DNA of 50,536 nucleotides from a virus: IMG/VR virus record IMGVR_UViG_3300048562_000008; one strand, given 5' to 3'. The notes below the pieces were generated by a model. That model had not been told where the DNA came from. It was given only the letters and a program-made list of their open reading frames with translations, and did no database searches. Both the position numbers and the translations under genes were made by a program. Below, piece after piece: positions 30,433-39,113 of the stretch (position 1 is its first letter; each line of letters starts with the position of its first letter).

Positions 30433-33400
30433 ATGGCGAGAGGCAGAAGCCGAATCGTTGAGACGAAGAAGGGCGGCAGCTTCCTCGGGGGCATTACGTC
30501 GTCCGCGCCCTTCGAGCTGGGCACGAACCTGGTCGAGGATATCAAGGACGCTGTCGTTGGTATCCCGACCGGGATCGTCATGCTCGCGAAGGACCCCATC
30601 AAGACGACCAAGGCCATCGGTGAGTCCACGTGGCAAACGTGGTCACCGCTGTTCTCGGGCGACTTCAAGAAGTTCGGGGAGCAGGCCTGGGACCACCCGC
30701 TGGCCCCGCTCCTGGACGTGCTAACGGTAGTCACCCTCGGCGGGGCAGGCGCGGCCAAGGTTGCCACGAAGGTCGGCGGCATTGAGAAGGCGGTCGCGCG
30801 GCAGGCGAGCGCCACCCGCATCATCAAGGGATCAGACGTGGTGACGGGCGCTCCGAACGCGTACAAGATCTACCACAACAATCCCGTAGTGCGCGCTCGG
30901 CAGAAGGCCATCGAGGGCGTCGTCAACCGCTTCGCTACCCTGACCCCCGCGCAGTGGTACACCGGCGGCACGAAGTACGCGAACGACCTCAACGCAGCTC
31001 GGGCGCTCTCAGGCAAGGAGCTGGCAGACCTCAAGCGATGGACGAGCTGGGACAAGTACGACACCGCAGCTCGCGCTCACGCCGCGGGATCCGCGCGTAA
31101 CCTGCAGCTGGACGCCTACGCCCTCGCGGCAAAGCGCCTGAACTACGACCTCAAGGGCGCGGCCGCGGAGGTATTCCCGCACATCCACGAGGTGGCCCGC
31201 ACGCACGCCTTCGCCTTCGAGCCGAAGTACCTGATTGGCGAGGAGATGGTGAAGCGGTCGGACATCGGCGTGCAGACCACCAAGCTCATCAATCGCCACA
31301 AGCGCATGAACAAGCCCCTGGTGGCGCAGCTCAACACGACCGAGCTGGCCCTCAAGGACGCCATCAAGGAGTTCGAGGACGCCTCCCGCGCATACCGGGT
31401 CAAGTACCCCGACGCCCCGCCGCTGTCGCAGAGCGACAAGGCGTTCGTCGCGCAGGCTCGCAGCACCCGGGTCGAGCTGGCGAGCGCGGAGCGGGCTGAC
31501 GCACGCATGCGCTCGAAGCTGACCAAGAAGGCCCAGCGGTACGACGACGCCAAGGCGCGGTACGATCGCGTGCTCGGGCGCTCGGAGTACGAGCTGGCCG
31601 ACTTCCAGCACTTCGGCATGGCGCTGCCCTCGAAGCTGGAGCACGGCAACCGCGGCGTGCAGGCGCTCAAGAAGCGCGTGCAGGCAGAGCTGGACGACAG
31701 CGTCGCGGCTCGCGACAAGCTGGAGGCCCTCAAGAAGGACCGCCAGCGGGCGGTCAGCAACGCAGACCAGGCGATGAAGTCCGAGCGCACCGTGCGCGCG
31801 GAGGCCAAGACCCGGTCGGACAAGCGCGTGCTTGACGAGCGCACGGCCGCAGCGGAGCGCATGAACGCCGCCAAGGCCAAGATCGCGGAGCACTCCAAGA
31901 CCAAGCAGTCCCTGCGAGAGCAGAAGGATGCCCTCGACGCAGCCCTCAAGGAGGGCAAGGAGCGCCTCTATGATCCCGTCCAGAACCGCAAGCTGCGCCC
32001 GGCTACGGGCTTCACGTATCTCCGCGACCGAGCCGACTACGACCGCCGCGTGTCGGCAAAGAACTTCGGCAGCGTCGCGGATTACGAGACGTACCTGCGC
32101 AAGCAGCACACGAAGGACCTGACCACCCGGAACGCCCGCCTAGCGGCGCGTGACGATCAGGGTCGGCTGCTCGTAGTGCGCGACCACTCGGTATCCCGCT
32201 ACGGCGAGGAGGCCGCGCGGTCCACGCACGTGCTAGGCAAGTTGGGCCGGGGTATCACCACGGTGTGGAAGTACGCCGTGCTCGCACTTCGCCCCGCCTT
32301 CCTCGTGAACAACGCGGTCGGCAACTCGCTCATGTACATGCTGTCCTCGGGTCCGGGCGCTATGCGCGGGTTCGTGGACGCCATGCGGCAGATCCACGGC
32401 TCCCGTGCCACCCGCCAGGGGCTGGGGCGTGCGGAGCGAGAGCTGCGCCGCTACATGCACGACTGGCAGGACAAGTACTACCTCGGCCTCCACCGCGGGT
32501 TCGGCAAGGACACCTCGGAGTGGATGACCATTGACATCGGGCAGCGCGGCACCAAGGGGCACAAGGCGGTTCGCCTCCTGACCACGGGCCTGTACGACGT
32601 AACGCACCGCGTGTCAGACACGACGCTGCGCCGCGCGTACATCAACGACATCATGCGCCGTCACCCGGAGGTCCAGGCCCTGCAGAAGAAGGGCATGCAC
32701 TTCAACGACGCTGCGGAGGCTGTCTCGCAGAACCGCGCCGTGCGCGAGTTCGTGCAGCAGCGAGTCAACGACGCCCTGGGGCAGTATCACTACCTCAACC
32801 CGACGGAGCGGTTCATCCGCGCGGTCGTGCCGTTCTACACCTGGGACCGGGCCATCGCCCGGCACGGCGGCAAGCTGTTCCTGGAGAAGCCGGGCACGGC
32901 GCTCGCCCTCACCGAGGTCGGCAAGGTGGGCACGGAGACGACGGAGGAGCTGCTCGGGCAGATCCCGGACTGGCTCAAGGGCGCGCTCCCGCTGTCCCTC
33001 CTCGGGTTCCCGGAGGAGGCCAACGGCCGCACCCCCATCGCGACGACGCAAGGGTTCAACCCGTACGCCACGCTGGAGCAGCTGATGAACCTCGGGCAGG
33101 CTGCCATCACGGGCAAGGGTAACGTTACCTCGGCCGTGGCTAGCGAGCTGCACCCGGCACTCTCGGGCGCCATCGAGTCCCTCACGGGAACGAGCATGCT
33201 GACGGGCGCGCCGATCACTCGCGACGATACGGGCGTTCTGCCCGCAGTCGCGGGTGGGCTGGTCAGCGGGCTGCCGCAGGTTAACCTCATCAAGTCCTGG
33301 CTGGGCAAGACCGGCAGCAGCGCCGACACGCTGTTCGCCAAGGACGCCAAGCAGTACACCAGCGCGTACCTCGGCGTGCCCATCAAGGAACTCAACCTCA

Positions 33401-33477
33401 AGACGGCCGCTGCTATGGCCGAGCGGGCTGACGGTAAGCCCAAGAAGAAGCGACGAAGGGGGCGGTCCCGTGGCTGA
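30433..33477 (+). CDS. large internal virion or DNA-ejection protein-like (1014 aa)
   Basis: The largest ORF in the window. It has long coiled-coil stretches and a basic C-terminal tail KKKRRRGRSRG. The call is positional. Confidence 0.6.
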   Translation: MARGRSRIVETKKGGSFLGGITSSAPFELGTNLVEDIKDAVVGIPTGIVMLAKDPIKTTKAIGESTWQTWSPLFSGDFKKFGEQAWDHPLAPLLDVLTVVTLGGAGAAKVATKVGGIEKAVARQASATRIIKGSDVVTGAPNAYKIYHNNPVVRARQKAIEGVVNRFATLTPAQWYTGGTKYANDLNAARALSGKELADLKRWTSWDKYDTAARAHAAGSARNLQLDAYALAAKRLNYDLKGAAAEVFPHIHEVARTHAFAFEPKYLIGEEMVKRSDIGVQTTKLINRHKRMNKPLVAQLNTTELALKDAIKEFEDASRAYRVKYPDAPPLSQSDKAFVAQARSTRVELASAERADARMRSKLTKKAQRYDDAKARYDRVLGRSEYELADFQHFGMALPSKLEHGNRGVQALKKRVQAELDDSVAARDKLEALKKDRQRAVSNADQAMKSERTVRAEAKTRSDKRVLDERTAAAERMNAAKAKIAEHSKTKQSLREQKDALDAALKEGKERLYDPVQNRKLRPATGFTYLRDRADYDRRVSAKNFGSVADYETYLRKQHTKDLTTRNARLAARDDQGRLLVVRDHSVSRYGEEAARSTHVLGKLGRGITTVWKYAVLALRPAFLVNNAVGNSLMYMLSSGPGAMRGFVDAMRQIHGSRATRQGLGRAERELRRYMHDWQDKYYLGLHRGFGKDTSEWMTIDIGQRGTKGHKAVRLLTTGLYDVTHRVSDTTLRRAYINDIMRRHPEVQALQKKGMHFNDAAEAVSQNRAVREFVQQRVNDALGQYHYLNPTERFIRAVVPFYTWDRAIARHGGKLFLEKPGTALALTEVGKVGTETTEELLGQIPDWLKGALPLSLLGFPEEANGRTPIATTQGFNPYATLEQLMNLGQAAITGKGNVTSAVASELHPALSGAIESLTGTSMLTGAPITRDDTGVLPAVAGGLVSGLPQVNLIKSWLGKTGSSADTLFAKDAKQYTSAYLGVPIKELNLKTAAAMAERADGKPKKKRRRGRSRG

Positions 33478-34546
33478 CTGGCGCGTAGCCGTGCTGCAGG
33501 CACGGGGCTACCCCGTAACTAAGTCGAACATGAACCTGCTCACGGCATGGCAGCGGATGGAGGGTGGCGGCACGCATAACGACGCCACCTTCAACCCGCT
33601 CAACACGACGCGGAACGCTCCGGGCGCCGTGCGGTCCATCAACAGCGTGGGCGCCAAGGCGTTCGACACCTTCGACCACGGCATCAACGCCACCGTCGAG
33701 ACGCTCGACAACTACGAGACGATCTCGTCCTACCTCAAGGCGGGCAAGGGCAGCGACGCGCTGCGCGACCCCGCGGGGCAGGGCGATTTCAACATGTGGG
33801 TCAGCGGCAAGGATGCCCCGGGGGCTAGCCCGTACGTGACGAAGATCGCGGGCCTGCTGGGGCAGGACGTAAGCAGCGCGAAGGTTACGCTCGGCGGACA
33901 GACCTACGGCACCGGCGAGAAGGCTTCTCCGCAGGCGGCGCAGGCCAAGGTAGCGGACATGATCGGCGCACAGCAGCAGATGACCGCGGGCTTCCTCATG
34001 CAGGCGGCGAACAACGCCATCAACGGGGGGCAGCTCGGGGGCGGCTCGCTGCTCTCGCTCGCGCAGGCGCGCAAGGCCCTGCAGGAGCAGGCGGACTTCT
34101 CGCAGGCTGACCTGTCGGCCAACCTCGACACGCGCGGGCAGCACCCGCAGCAGAACGCACCCACCGGGTCGCAGGGTCCGTCCGGCAACCTGCCCACGCA
34201 GGGCGGGGGAGGCTGGAAGGGTGTAGACACGGACGGCTTCACCGACGACTTCTCCGCGCGCCTCAACGCGCTCATCAAGGCGTCGGGCGGCAAGCTGTCG
34301 ATCACGAGCGGCTACCGCAGCGCGGACTACCAGGCCAAGCTATACGCAGAGGCCGTCAAGAAGTACGGCTCGGAGGCAGCGGCCCGTAAGTGGGTGGCCC
34401 CGCCGGGCAAGAGCAACCACGGACGAGGGATCGCAGCTGATATCGGTGGGGACCTGAGCTGGGCGCGCGCGAACGCGGCTAAGTTCGGCCTGCACTTCCC
34501 GATGAGCTGGGAGAACTGGCACATCGAACCGATCAGGAGCAATTAG
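33470..34546 (+). CDS. endolysin with a C-terminal peptidase M15 (VanY-like D-Ala-D-Ala carboxypeptidase) domain
   Basis: Motif SGYRSADYQAKLY...APPGKSNHGRGIAADI...W.NWHIEP. GTG start with an AAGGGGG RBS. The track ORF 33254..34546 is trimmed. Confidence 0.8.
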   Translation: MADWRVAVLQARGYPVTKSNMNLLTAWQRMEGGGTHNDATFNPLNTTRNAPGAVRSINSVGAKAFDTFDHGINATVETLDNYETISSYLKAGKGSDALRDPAGQGDFNMWVSGKDAPGASPYVTKIAGLLGQDVSSAKVTLGGQTYGTGEKASPQAAQAKVADMIGAQQQMTAGFLMQAANNAINGGQLGGGSLLSLAQARKALQEQADFSQADLSANLDTRGQHPQQNAPTGSQGPSGNLPTQGGGGWKGVDTDGFTDDFSARLNALIKASGGKLSITSGYRSADYQAKLYAEAVKKYGSEAAARKWVAPPGKSNHGRGIAADIGGDLSWARANAAKFGLHFPMSWENWHIEPIRSN

Positions 34547-34863
34547 TGGGAGAGGAGATCGAGGTAACGGAGGCGCGGGTCACCTACACGACCAAGGAAC
34601 TTCTCAAGCGCATTGATGACCGCTTCGAGCGTATGGAGATCCTGGTACAGAGCGCGCCCACCCGCCCGGAGTTTGACCACCTGGACGCCCGGGTGAGCCG
34701 CCTTGAGGAAGACGCCGTCAAGATCGCCGCGGTGGCGGCGGCGCTGAATGAGTCGTCCAAGAAGCGGTGGACCGCGACCGAGAAGATCGTCGGCCTCACC
34801 TTCGTCGCGGCGAACCTACTACTGAACCTCGCAATCGTCCACTTCACTGTGGGCGGGATTTAG
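34546..34863 (+). CDS. membrane-anchored lysis-cassette protein (105 aa, C-terminal TM)
   Basis: The GTG overlaps the TAG of the endolysin gene. The C-terminal hydrophobic segment is IVGLTFVAANLLLNLAIVHF. Confidence 0.55.
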   Translation: MGEEIEVTEARVTYTTKELLKRIDDRFERMEILVQSAPTRPEFDHLDARVSRLEEDAVKIAAVAAALNESSKKRWTATEKIVGLTFVAANLLLNLAIVHFTVGGI

Positions 34864-34871
34864 GAGACAAC

Positions 34872-35039
34872 ATGAAGAACTATCGCAAGTTCCTGGTCGC
34901 GCTCTCGGGCGTGCTCGTCGCTGTAGGCGTAGTCATCGAGGATGGCGACGTGTCGGGCGACGAGGCGCTGACCGTCGGTGGCGCACTCGTCATCGCCGTC
35001 GGCGTATTCTTCGCCCGCAACACCCCGCCGGGGGCCTAG
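34872..35039 (+). CDS. holin-like protein (55 aa, two hydrophobic segments)
   Basis: MKNYRKFLVALSGVLVAVGVVIEDGDVSGDEALTVGGALVIAVGVFFARNTPPGA. GGAG RBS. Below the track cutoff. Confidence 0.55.
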   Translation: MKNYRKFLVALSGVLVAVGVVIEDGDVSGDEALTVGGALVIAVGVFFARNTPPGA

Positions 35040-35040
35040 C

Positions 35041-35673
35041 GTGGCAGGCGCTCGGCACCTCGGGACGGGTCACGGCGAGAACATCAAGGTCGACATCGAC
35101 CTGAGCCTCATCAACGCGGGCGTGAAGCACGGCGTCGCGGCGAAGGATCAGATCGTGCTTCACGAGACTGTCAGCCCAGACTACCCAGGGCCGGGCGAGC
35201 TGGTTGCGAACGCCTCCTACCTCGCGCGGGCTGGGCTGGGCATCCACGGCGTCATCGATGCCGAGGGCTACCTGGGCTGGTCGCTGGGCGACCGCAAGGC
35301 GGTGTTCTACCACACGGCGTCGAACGGCGGGAACACGAACACCCGCAGCATCGGCATCGAGCTGGTGTCGCGCGTGATGATCGACAAGCCGGACAACCTG
35401 AGCCGGTGGCGCAAGTGGTGGAGCCGGGACAAGCAGATCGACAAGCTGGCCCAGCTCATCGCGTTCTGCGCGTACACCGAGAAGATCCCGCTCGTCTACT
35501 CCGGCGGCAAGACCCCGGGCATCACGACCCACTGGTCCGTCACGCGCGCCTACAAGGTGCGCGGGGGGCACGTGGACTGCTGGCCGCGCCACGAGGGCGG
35601 CTACTTCCCGGTGCTCCGCGTCATCAGCGAGGCCAAGCGGTACCACGCCAAGTGGTACGGCCCGGCCCTCTAA
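35041..35673 (+). CDS. peptidoglycan amidase-like lysis protein (210 aa)
   Basis: The GTG start is 1 nt after the holin stop. The motifs VLHETVS and GIELV resemble the amidase_2/PGRP type, recalled from memory. Confidence 0.6.
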   Translation: MAGARHLGTGHGENIKVDIDLSLINAGVKHGVAAKDQIVLHETVSPDYPGPGELVANASYLARAGLGIHGVIDAEGYLGWSLGDRKAVFYHTASNGGNTNTRSIGIELVSRVMIDKPDNLSRWRKWWSRDKQIDKLAQLIAFCAYTEKIPLVYSGGKTPGITTHWSVTRAYKVRGGHVDCWPRHEGGYFPVLRVISEAKRYHAKWYGPAL

Positions 35674-35690
35674 GCCCCCAGGAGGCCTGA

Positions 35691-36434
35691 ATGGGCATTG
35701 CCGACTCAGTACTCAAGTCCATCACCGCTGCCCCGCGGGGGGCCGCTCGTGGCCTCCTGGAGGCACTTGCGGGTAGGGATAGACGTTCAGTGACAGGATG
35801 GTCCGGCAAGGGACCGACCGTGACGGACGCGGCGCGCACCGGCGCGGCCGCTGCGTACGAACTGTCGGGCGCGGCGGACATCGAGAACTTCCGCCAGAAC
35901 CCGAACCTGCAGACCGGCGCGTGGGCGGCGATGGCCGTCACGGGCGCCCCGATGGGAAGTGCAGGTAGGCTTGGTCGCAGCAGGCACAGCCTGGCGCGGC
36001 TGGTTGCCAACAAGGGCCAGGGCGGACTCGTCTACTCGGGCGGGGACATCGGGTTCGACCGCATCCTGGGCGTCGCGAAGTCCGGCAAGGCCCGCGGGCA
36101 GTTCATCAAGGCCGAGCAAAGCGCCGGACACGCCCCGTACGTGGACAAGGAGACGCTCGACCGCGCGGCCGCACTCGTCCACCCGCGGGGTGAGCGTGTG
36201 CTCGTCGGCCAGCCCGGGCTGCACCACCACGATGTCGCTCGCGGCGCGGGCCTGTCAGACTACACCGGCTGGGCGCAGATGGAGGTTGTCAAGGGCGATC
36301 CGTCCATGGACATCCCGGCCCGCCTGTTCACCACGAACGGCATCGGGCCACAGCCCAACCCCCGTCAGATCGCGGCCACGTCCCGGCTCCTCAAGAAGGC
36401 GAAGGGCGTGCGGTACACACCGATGCACAAGTAG
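35691..36434 (+). CDS. hypothetical protein (247 aa), last gene of the rightward block
   Basis: Track ORF with an AGGAGG RBS. It is followed by the bidirectional terminator. Confidence 0.6.
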   Translation: MGIADSVLKSITAAPRGAARGLLEALAGRDRRSVTGWSGKGPTVTDAARTGAAAAYELSGAADIENFRQNPNLQTGAWAAMAVTGAPMGSAGRLGRSRHSLARLVANKGQGGLVYSGGDIGFDRILGVAKSGKARGQFIKAEQSAGHAPYVDKETLDRAAALVHPRGERVLVGQPGLHHHDVARGAGLSDYTGWAQMEVVKGDPSMDIPARLFTTNGIGPQPNPRQIAATSRLLKKAKGVRYTPMHK

Positions 36435-36444
36435 AAACAAAGAA

Positions 36445-36483
36445 GGCCCCTAGGGAGAGATCCCTAGGGGCCATTCTTTTGTG
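36445..36483. terminator. bidirectional intrinsic terminator between the convergent blocks
   Basis: A perfect 12-bp stem GGCCCCTAGGGA-gaga-TCCCTAGGGGCC, flanked by aaacaaagaa upstream and attcttttgtg downstream. Confidence 0.85.
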
Positions 36484-36484
36484 C

Positions 36485-36703
36485 CTATGCGCTGACGTAC
36501 ACGAGGGCGGGGCGACCGCGGTTGCCGGTGCGCACCGTGTCGATGACCTCCACCGACCCCTGCTTGCGCAGGAAGGTGAGGTACGACCGGACAGTGCTGA
36601 GGGGCACGCCCGTCTTGATCGCGACCTGCTCGGCGGTGATCCCACTCTTGCGGGATCCCGTAGCCTTGAGCACGAGGTCGAGAGAAGTGGCCTTCTTTGC
36701 CAT
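36485..36703 (-). CDS. winged-helix/HTH DNA-binding protein (72 aa)
   Basis: HTH GITAEQVAIKTGVPLSTVRSYLTFLRKQG. GGGAGGGGG RBS. The track ORF 36485..37189 is trimmed. Confidence 0.7.
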   Translation of the reverse strand: MAKKATSLDLVLKATGSRKSGITAEQVAIKTGVPLSTVRSYLTFLRKQGSVEVIDTVRTGNRGRPALVYVSA

Positions 36704-36708
36704 GTTAT

Positions 36709-37659
36709 TCACCCCCTCCCGCGCGTGACGTAGTTGCTCCACCCCGGCGAGGTGAGGGAGAAGTAGCCGTCCTTGGCGATATGGCCGTACCCCTGCGTCC
36801 ACTCCGGGAAGTTGGTGCTCCGCTGGAGGTACTCCACCGGGTCCTTGGTGTGCAGCCCGCCCAGCTCGGCCACGATGAACTGGCCTGAGCGGTCGTACCC
36901 GACGGCGGCGTGGTGCGAGTGCCCCGTCAGTACGTGGGAGAGCTTCTTGCCCGCGAGCTTGATCGCGCTCGTGAGCGGCACCTGGCTGTACGTCTTCGGG
37001 TGCGCGACGTAGTACGGGCCGCGCGGGGTGTCGATCCAGACGTGGTCGAGGTTCGAGAACGTGATCCGCTTGAGCAGCTTCGGGTCGAGGTCCTCGAACA
37101 TCATCTTCATCGCCTTGATGAAGTCCACCTTGTACCCCAGGGCCTTGTGCATCCGGGCGTCGTGGTTGCCCCACGAGAAGAACACCCACTTGAAGGTCTT
37201 GAGTACCGCCTCCATCGTCTCGGTCGACGCGAACATCTCCCGATCCAGCCCGGCCTGGCTCTGCTTGTAATCGAACTGCGAGAGCGAGTCCACGTTGAAC
37301 CAGTCACCCGCGACGACCAGCCAGTTCGTGGCCTTGATGTCGCGCGAGTGATCGATGAAGGTGTTGACCAGGTCGTAGTCGCACAGCGGGTGGTGCCAGT
37401 CGGCAGTCACCGCGCCCGCGCCCAGCTCACCCACGTCCACGCGCAGCGGCTTTTCCAGCTCGGTGCGCAGGCGGGTGATGGTGGCGGTGGGCAGGAGGTA
37501 CGGCTTGTAGCCGACGCTGTTCAGTCCGCGCCGCACCGAGGCCTCGTCCACCCCGGTCATGTTGCCGATCTCCCTGTTCGTGTAGCGTCGGCCGGTGGCC
37601 GGGTTGACCTGATCCCGCAGCGCAGCATAGATCGCGGGGTCGTTCTTCCTTTCAGCCAT
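36709..37659 (-). CDS. calcineurin-like metallophosphoesterase with an N-terminal HTH
   Basis: Motifs VVAGDWFN, WGNHD and TGHSHH. The N-terminus carries YTNREIGNMTGVDEASVRRGL. Confidence 0.8.
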   Translation of the reverse strand: MAERKNDPAIYAALRDQVNPATGRRYTNREIGNMTGVDEASVRRGLNSVGYKPYLLPTATITRLRTELEKPLRVDVGELGAGAVTADWHHPLCDYDLVNTFIDHSRDIKATNWLVVAGDWFNVDSLSQFDYKQSQAGLDREMFASTETMEAVLKTFKWVFFSWGNHDARMHKALGYKVDFIKAMKMMFEDLDPKLLKRITFSNLDHVWIDTPRGPYYVAHPKTYSQVPLTSAIKLAGKKLSHVLTGHSHHAAVGYDRSGQFIVAELGGLHTKDPVEYLQRSTNFPEWTQGYGHIAKDGYFSLTSPGWSNYVTRGRG

Positions 37660-37969
37660 TGCGGCCTCCGTTCATCTCGTAGGTGAGGTTCTTGATGGCG
37701 GTGACGTACTCACGCGCCACCCAGCTCTTGGACTTCTCGAAGTACCCAGCGGCCTCGCGGACGGGCACCCCGAGCACCCCGCAGACCAGCACCATGTCCT
37801 GGGAGGTCAGCGAGAGCCGACGGTACGCCAGCTTGAGGTCAGCGACGGCGACGAGGGTGCGCAGGCCCCGCTCCGTGGTGTCTCGATCCTCCAGCGCAAC
37901 AGCGTACTCCTCGATGTACGCTCGAACCTCTGTCTCACGGTACCTACCTCCCCTCGTCCTCGTCATCAT
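37652..37969 (-). CDS. sigma-70 region-4-like HTH protein (105 aa)
   Basis: The pattern LSLTSQDMVLVCGVLGVPVREAAGYFEKSKSWVAREYVTAIKNL matches a sigma region 4 layout. It overlaps the upstream sigma-2-like ORF by 26 nt in another frame. Confidence 0.55.
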   Translation of the reverse strand: MMTRTRGGRYRETEVRAYIEEYAVALEDRDTTERGLRTLVAVADLKLAYRRLSLTSQDMVLVCGVLGVPVREAAGYFEKSKSWVAREYVTAIKNLTYEMNGGRNG

Positions 37970-38231
37970 GCATCTCCTCGATGTAGGGGGTGACCTCGGC
38001 CGAACCTCCGCGCTTCTCGGCGCCCATCTTGCGGACGTACTTGAGCATCACGCCGCGGACGACAGCCGCACTGGGGCGGGCACCACGTGCGAGAGTCTCC
38101 CACACGGCGATCAGCCCCTCCTGCACGAGGTCCTCGTGCTCAACTCCGGTGCGGGACATGCGCCCCGGCCGCACGATGCGCGCGGCCAGGGCTTCGCAGA
38201 GGTCGCGGTACTCGGCTACCGCTGCGCTCAT
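37944..38231 (-). CDS. sigma-70 region-2-like protein (95 aa)
   Basis: Motif HEDLVQEGLIAVWETL (region 2.1/2.2-like) and VMLKYVRKMGAEKR. The ATG is 5 nt after the SSB stop. The track ORF 37944..38375 is trimmed. Confidence 0.55.
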   Translation of the reverse strand: MSAAVAEYRDLCEALAARIVRPGRMSRTGVEHEDLVQEGLIAVWETLARGARPSAAVVRGVMLKYVRKMGAEKRGGSAEVTPYIEEMHDDEDEGR

Positions 38232-38235
38232 GTCT

Positions 38236-38601
38236 CTACCAGGTGGTGTCGTCGTCGTCATCGCCCGCGTCGTCGTCCGAAGTGGACTCCGTCTCGACGC
38301 CGTAGTCGGCCTTGCCGAGGACAGCGAAGGCGTTGGCGGAAACATTGAAGTAGGTCTTCGGATTCCCTTCGCCATCCTTGCCCTTGTTGACCGCGAACTT
38401 GCCGTCCACGATCACGATGTCACCCTTCTCGACCTTGATCGCCTCGTGGTTCGGCCAGAGCGTGATCGACACGAGCTGGGCCTGATCCTTCAAGCCGACC
38501 TGGCGGATCGTGACGTTGCGGACGGGCTTGCCCGCGGCCTCACGATCCACCGGGTCGAACTGGACGATGCCGATGAAGGTTCTGTATTGAACGTCAGACA
38601 T
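38236..38601 (-). CDS. single-stranded DNA-binding protein
   Basis: OB-fold-sized 121 aa with an acidic C-terminal tail DDDAGDDDDDTTW, inside the replication module. Confidence 0.75.
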   Translation of the reverse strand: MSDVQYRTFIGIVQFDPVDREAAGKPVRNVTIRQVGLKDQAQLVSITLWPNHEAIKVEKGDIVIVDGKFAVNKGKDGEGNPKTYFNVSANAFAVLGKADYGVETESTSDDDAGDDDDDTTW

Positions 38602-39113
38602 TATGACCTCTTTCTCTTACGTCGTTTGTTTGTGACCCGCCCCTTGCGGCCGTACACCTCTCCGAGGACGCGAACAGCGGGCGGTGATTCCAGGTAGTCC
38701 GCAGCGTTGCGGAGCGCCTGGGGATTCTCGCGGGCCGCACCTAGCAGCCGCGTGTTGCAGTGCCAGCAGAGCAGACCTCGGGTGAGTCCCGTCTTGTGGT
38801 CGTGGTCTACACTAAGGCGGACGTTCTTAGGGGGTCTGCCGCAAATGGCGCAGCCCCCTCCCTGCGACTCCAGCAGCTCGTCGTACTGCGCAGACGTTAT
38901 GCCGTACAGGCGCATCAGACGAGTCTCTCTGTTACGGTCGCTGGCACTTCGCGCGGCCGTAGCCTCCCGAACCTCGGGCTGCGTGCGGTACCGCTTACCG
39001 GCGTACTCCCGCGTACACTCCTTGCACCGATTGACGTGGCCGTTTGCTCGGCTCTTGTCACGGTGGAACGAGGTCAGCGGCTTTTCCACGCCGCACGTGC
39101 GACATACCTGCAT
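38601..39113 (-). CDS. recombination endonuclease VII
   Basis: Signature CAICGRPPKNVRLSVDHDHKTGLTRGLLCWHCN. TGATG overlap with the upstream gene. The track ORF is trimmed to MQVCRTCG. Confidence 0.85.
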   Translation of the reverse strand: MQVCRTCGVEKPLTSFHRDKSRANGHVNRCKECTREYAGKRYRTQPEVREATAARSASDRNRETRLMRLYGITSAQYDELLESQGGGCAICGRPPKNVRLSVDHDHKTGLTRGLLCWHCNTRLLGAARENPQALRNAADYLESPPAVRVLGEVYGRKGRVTNKRRKRKRS

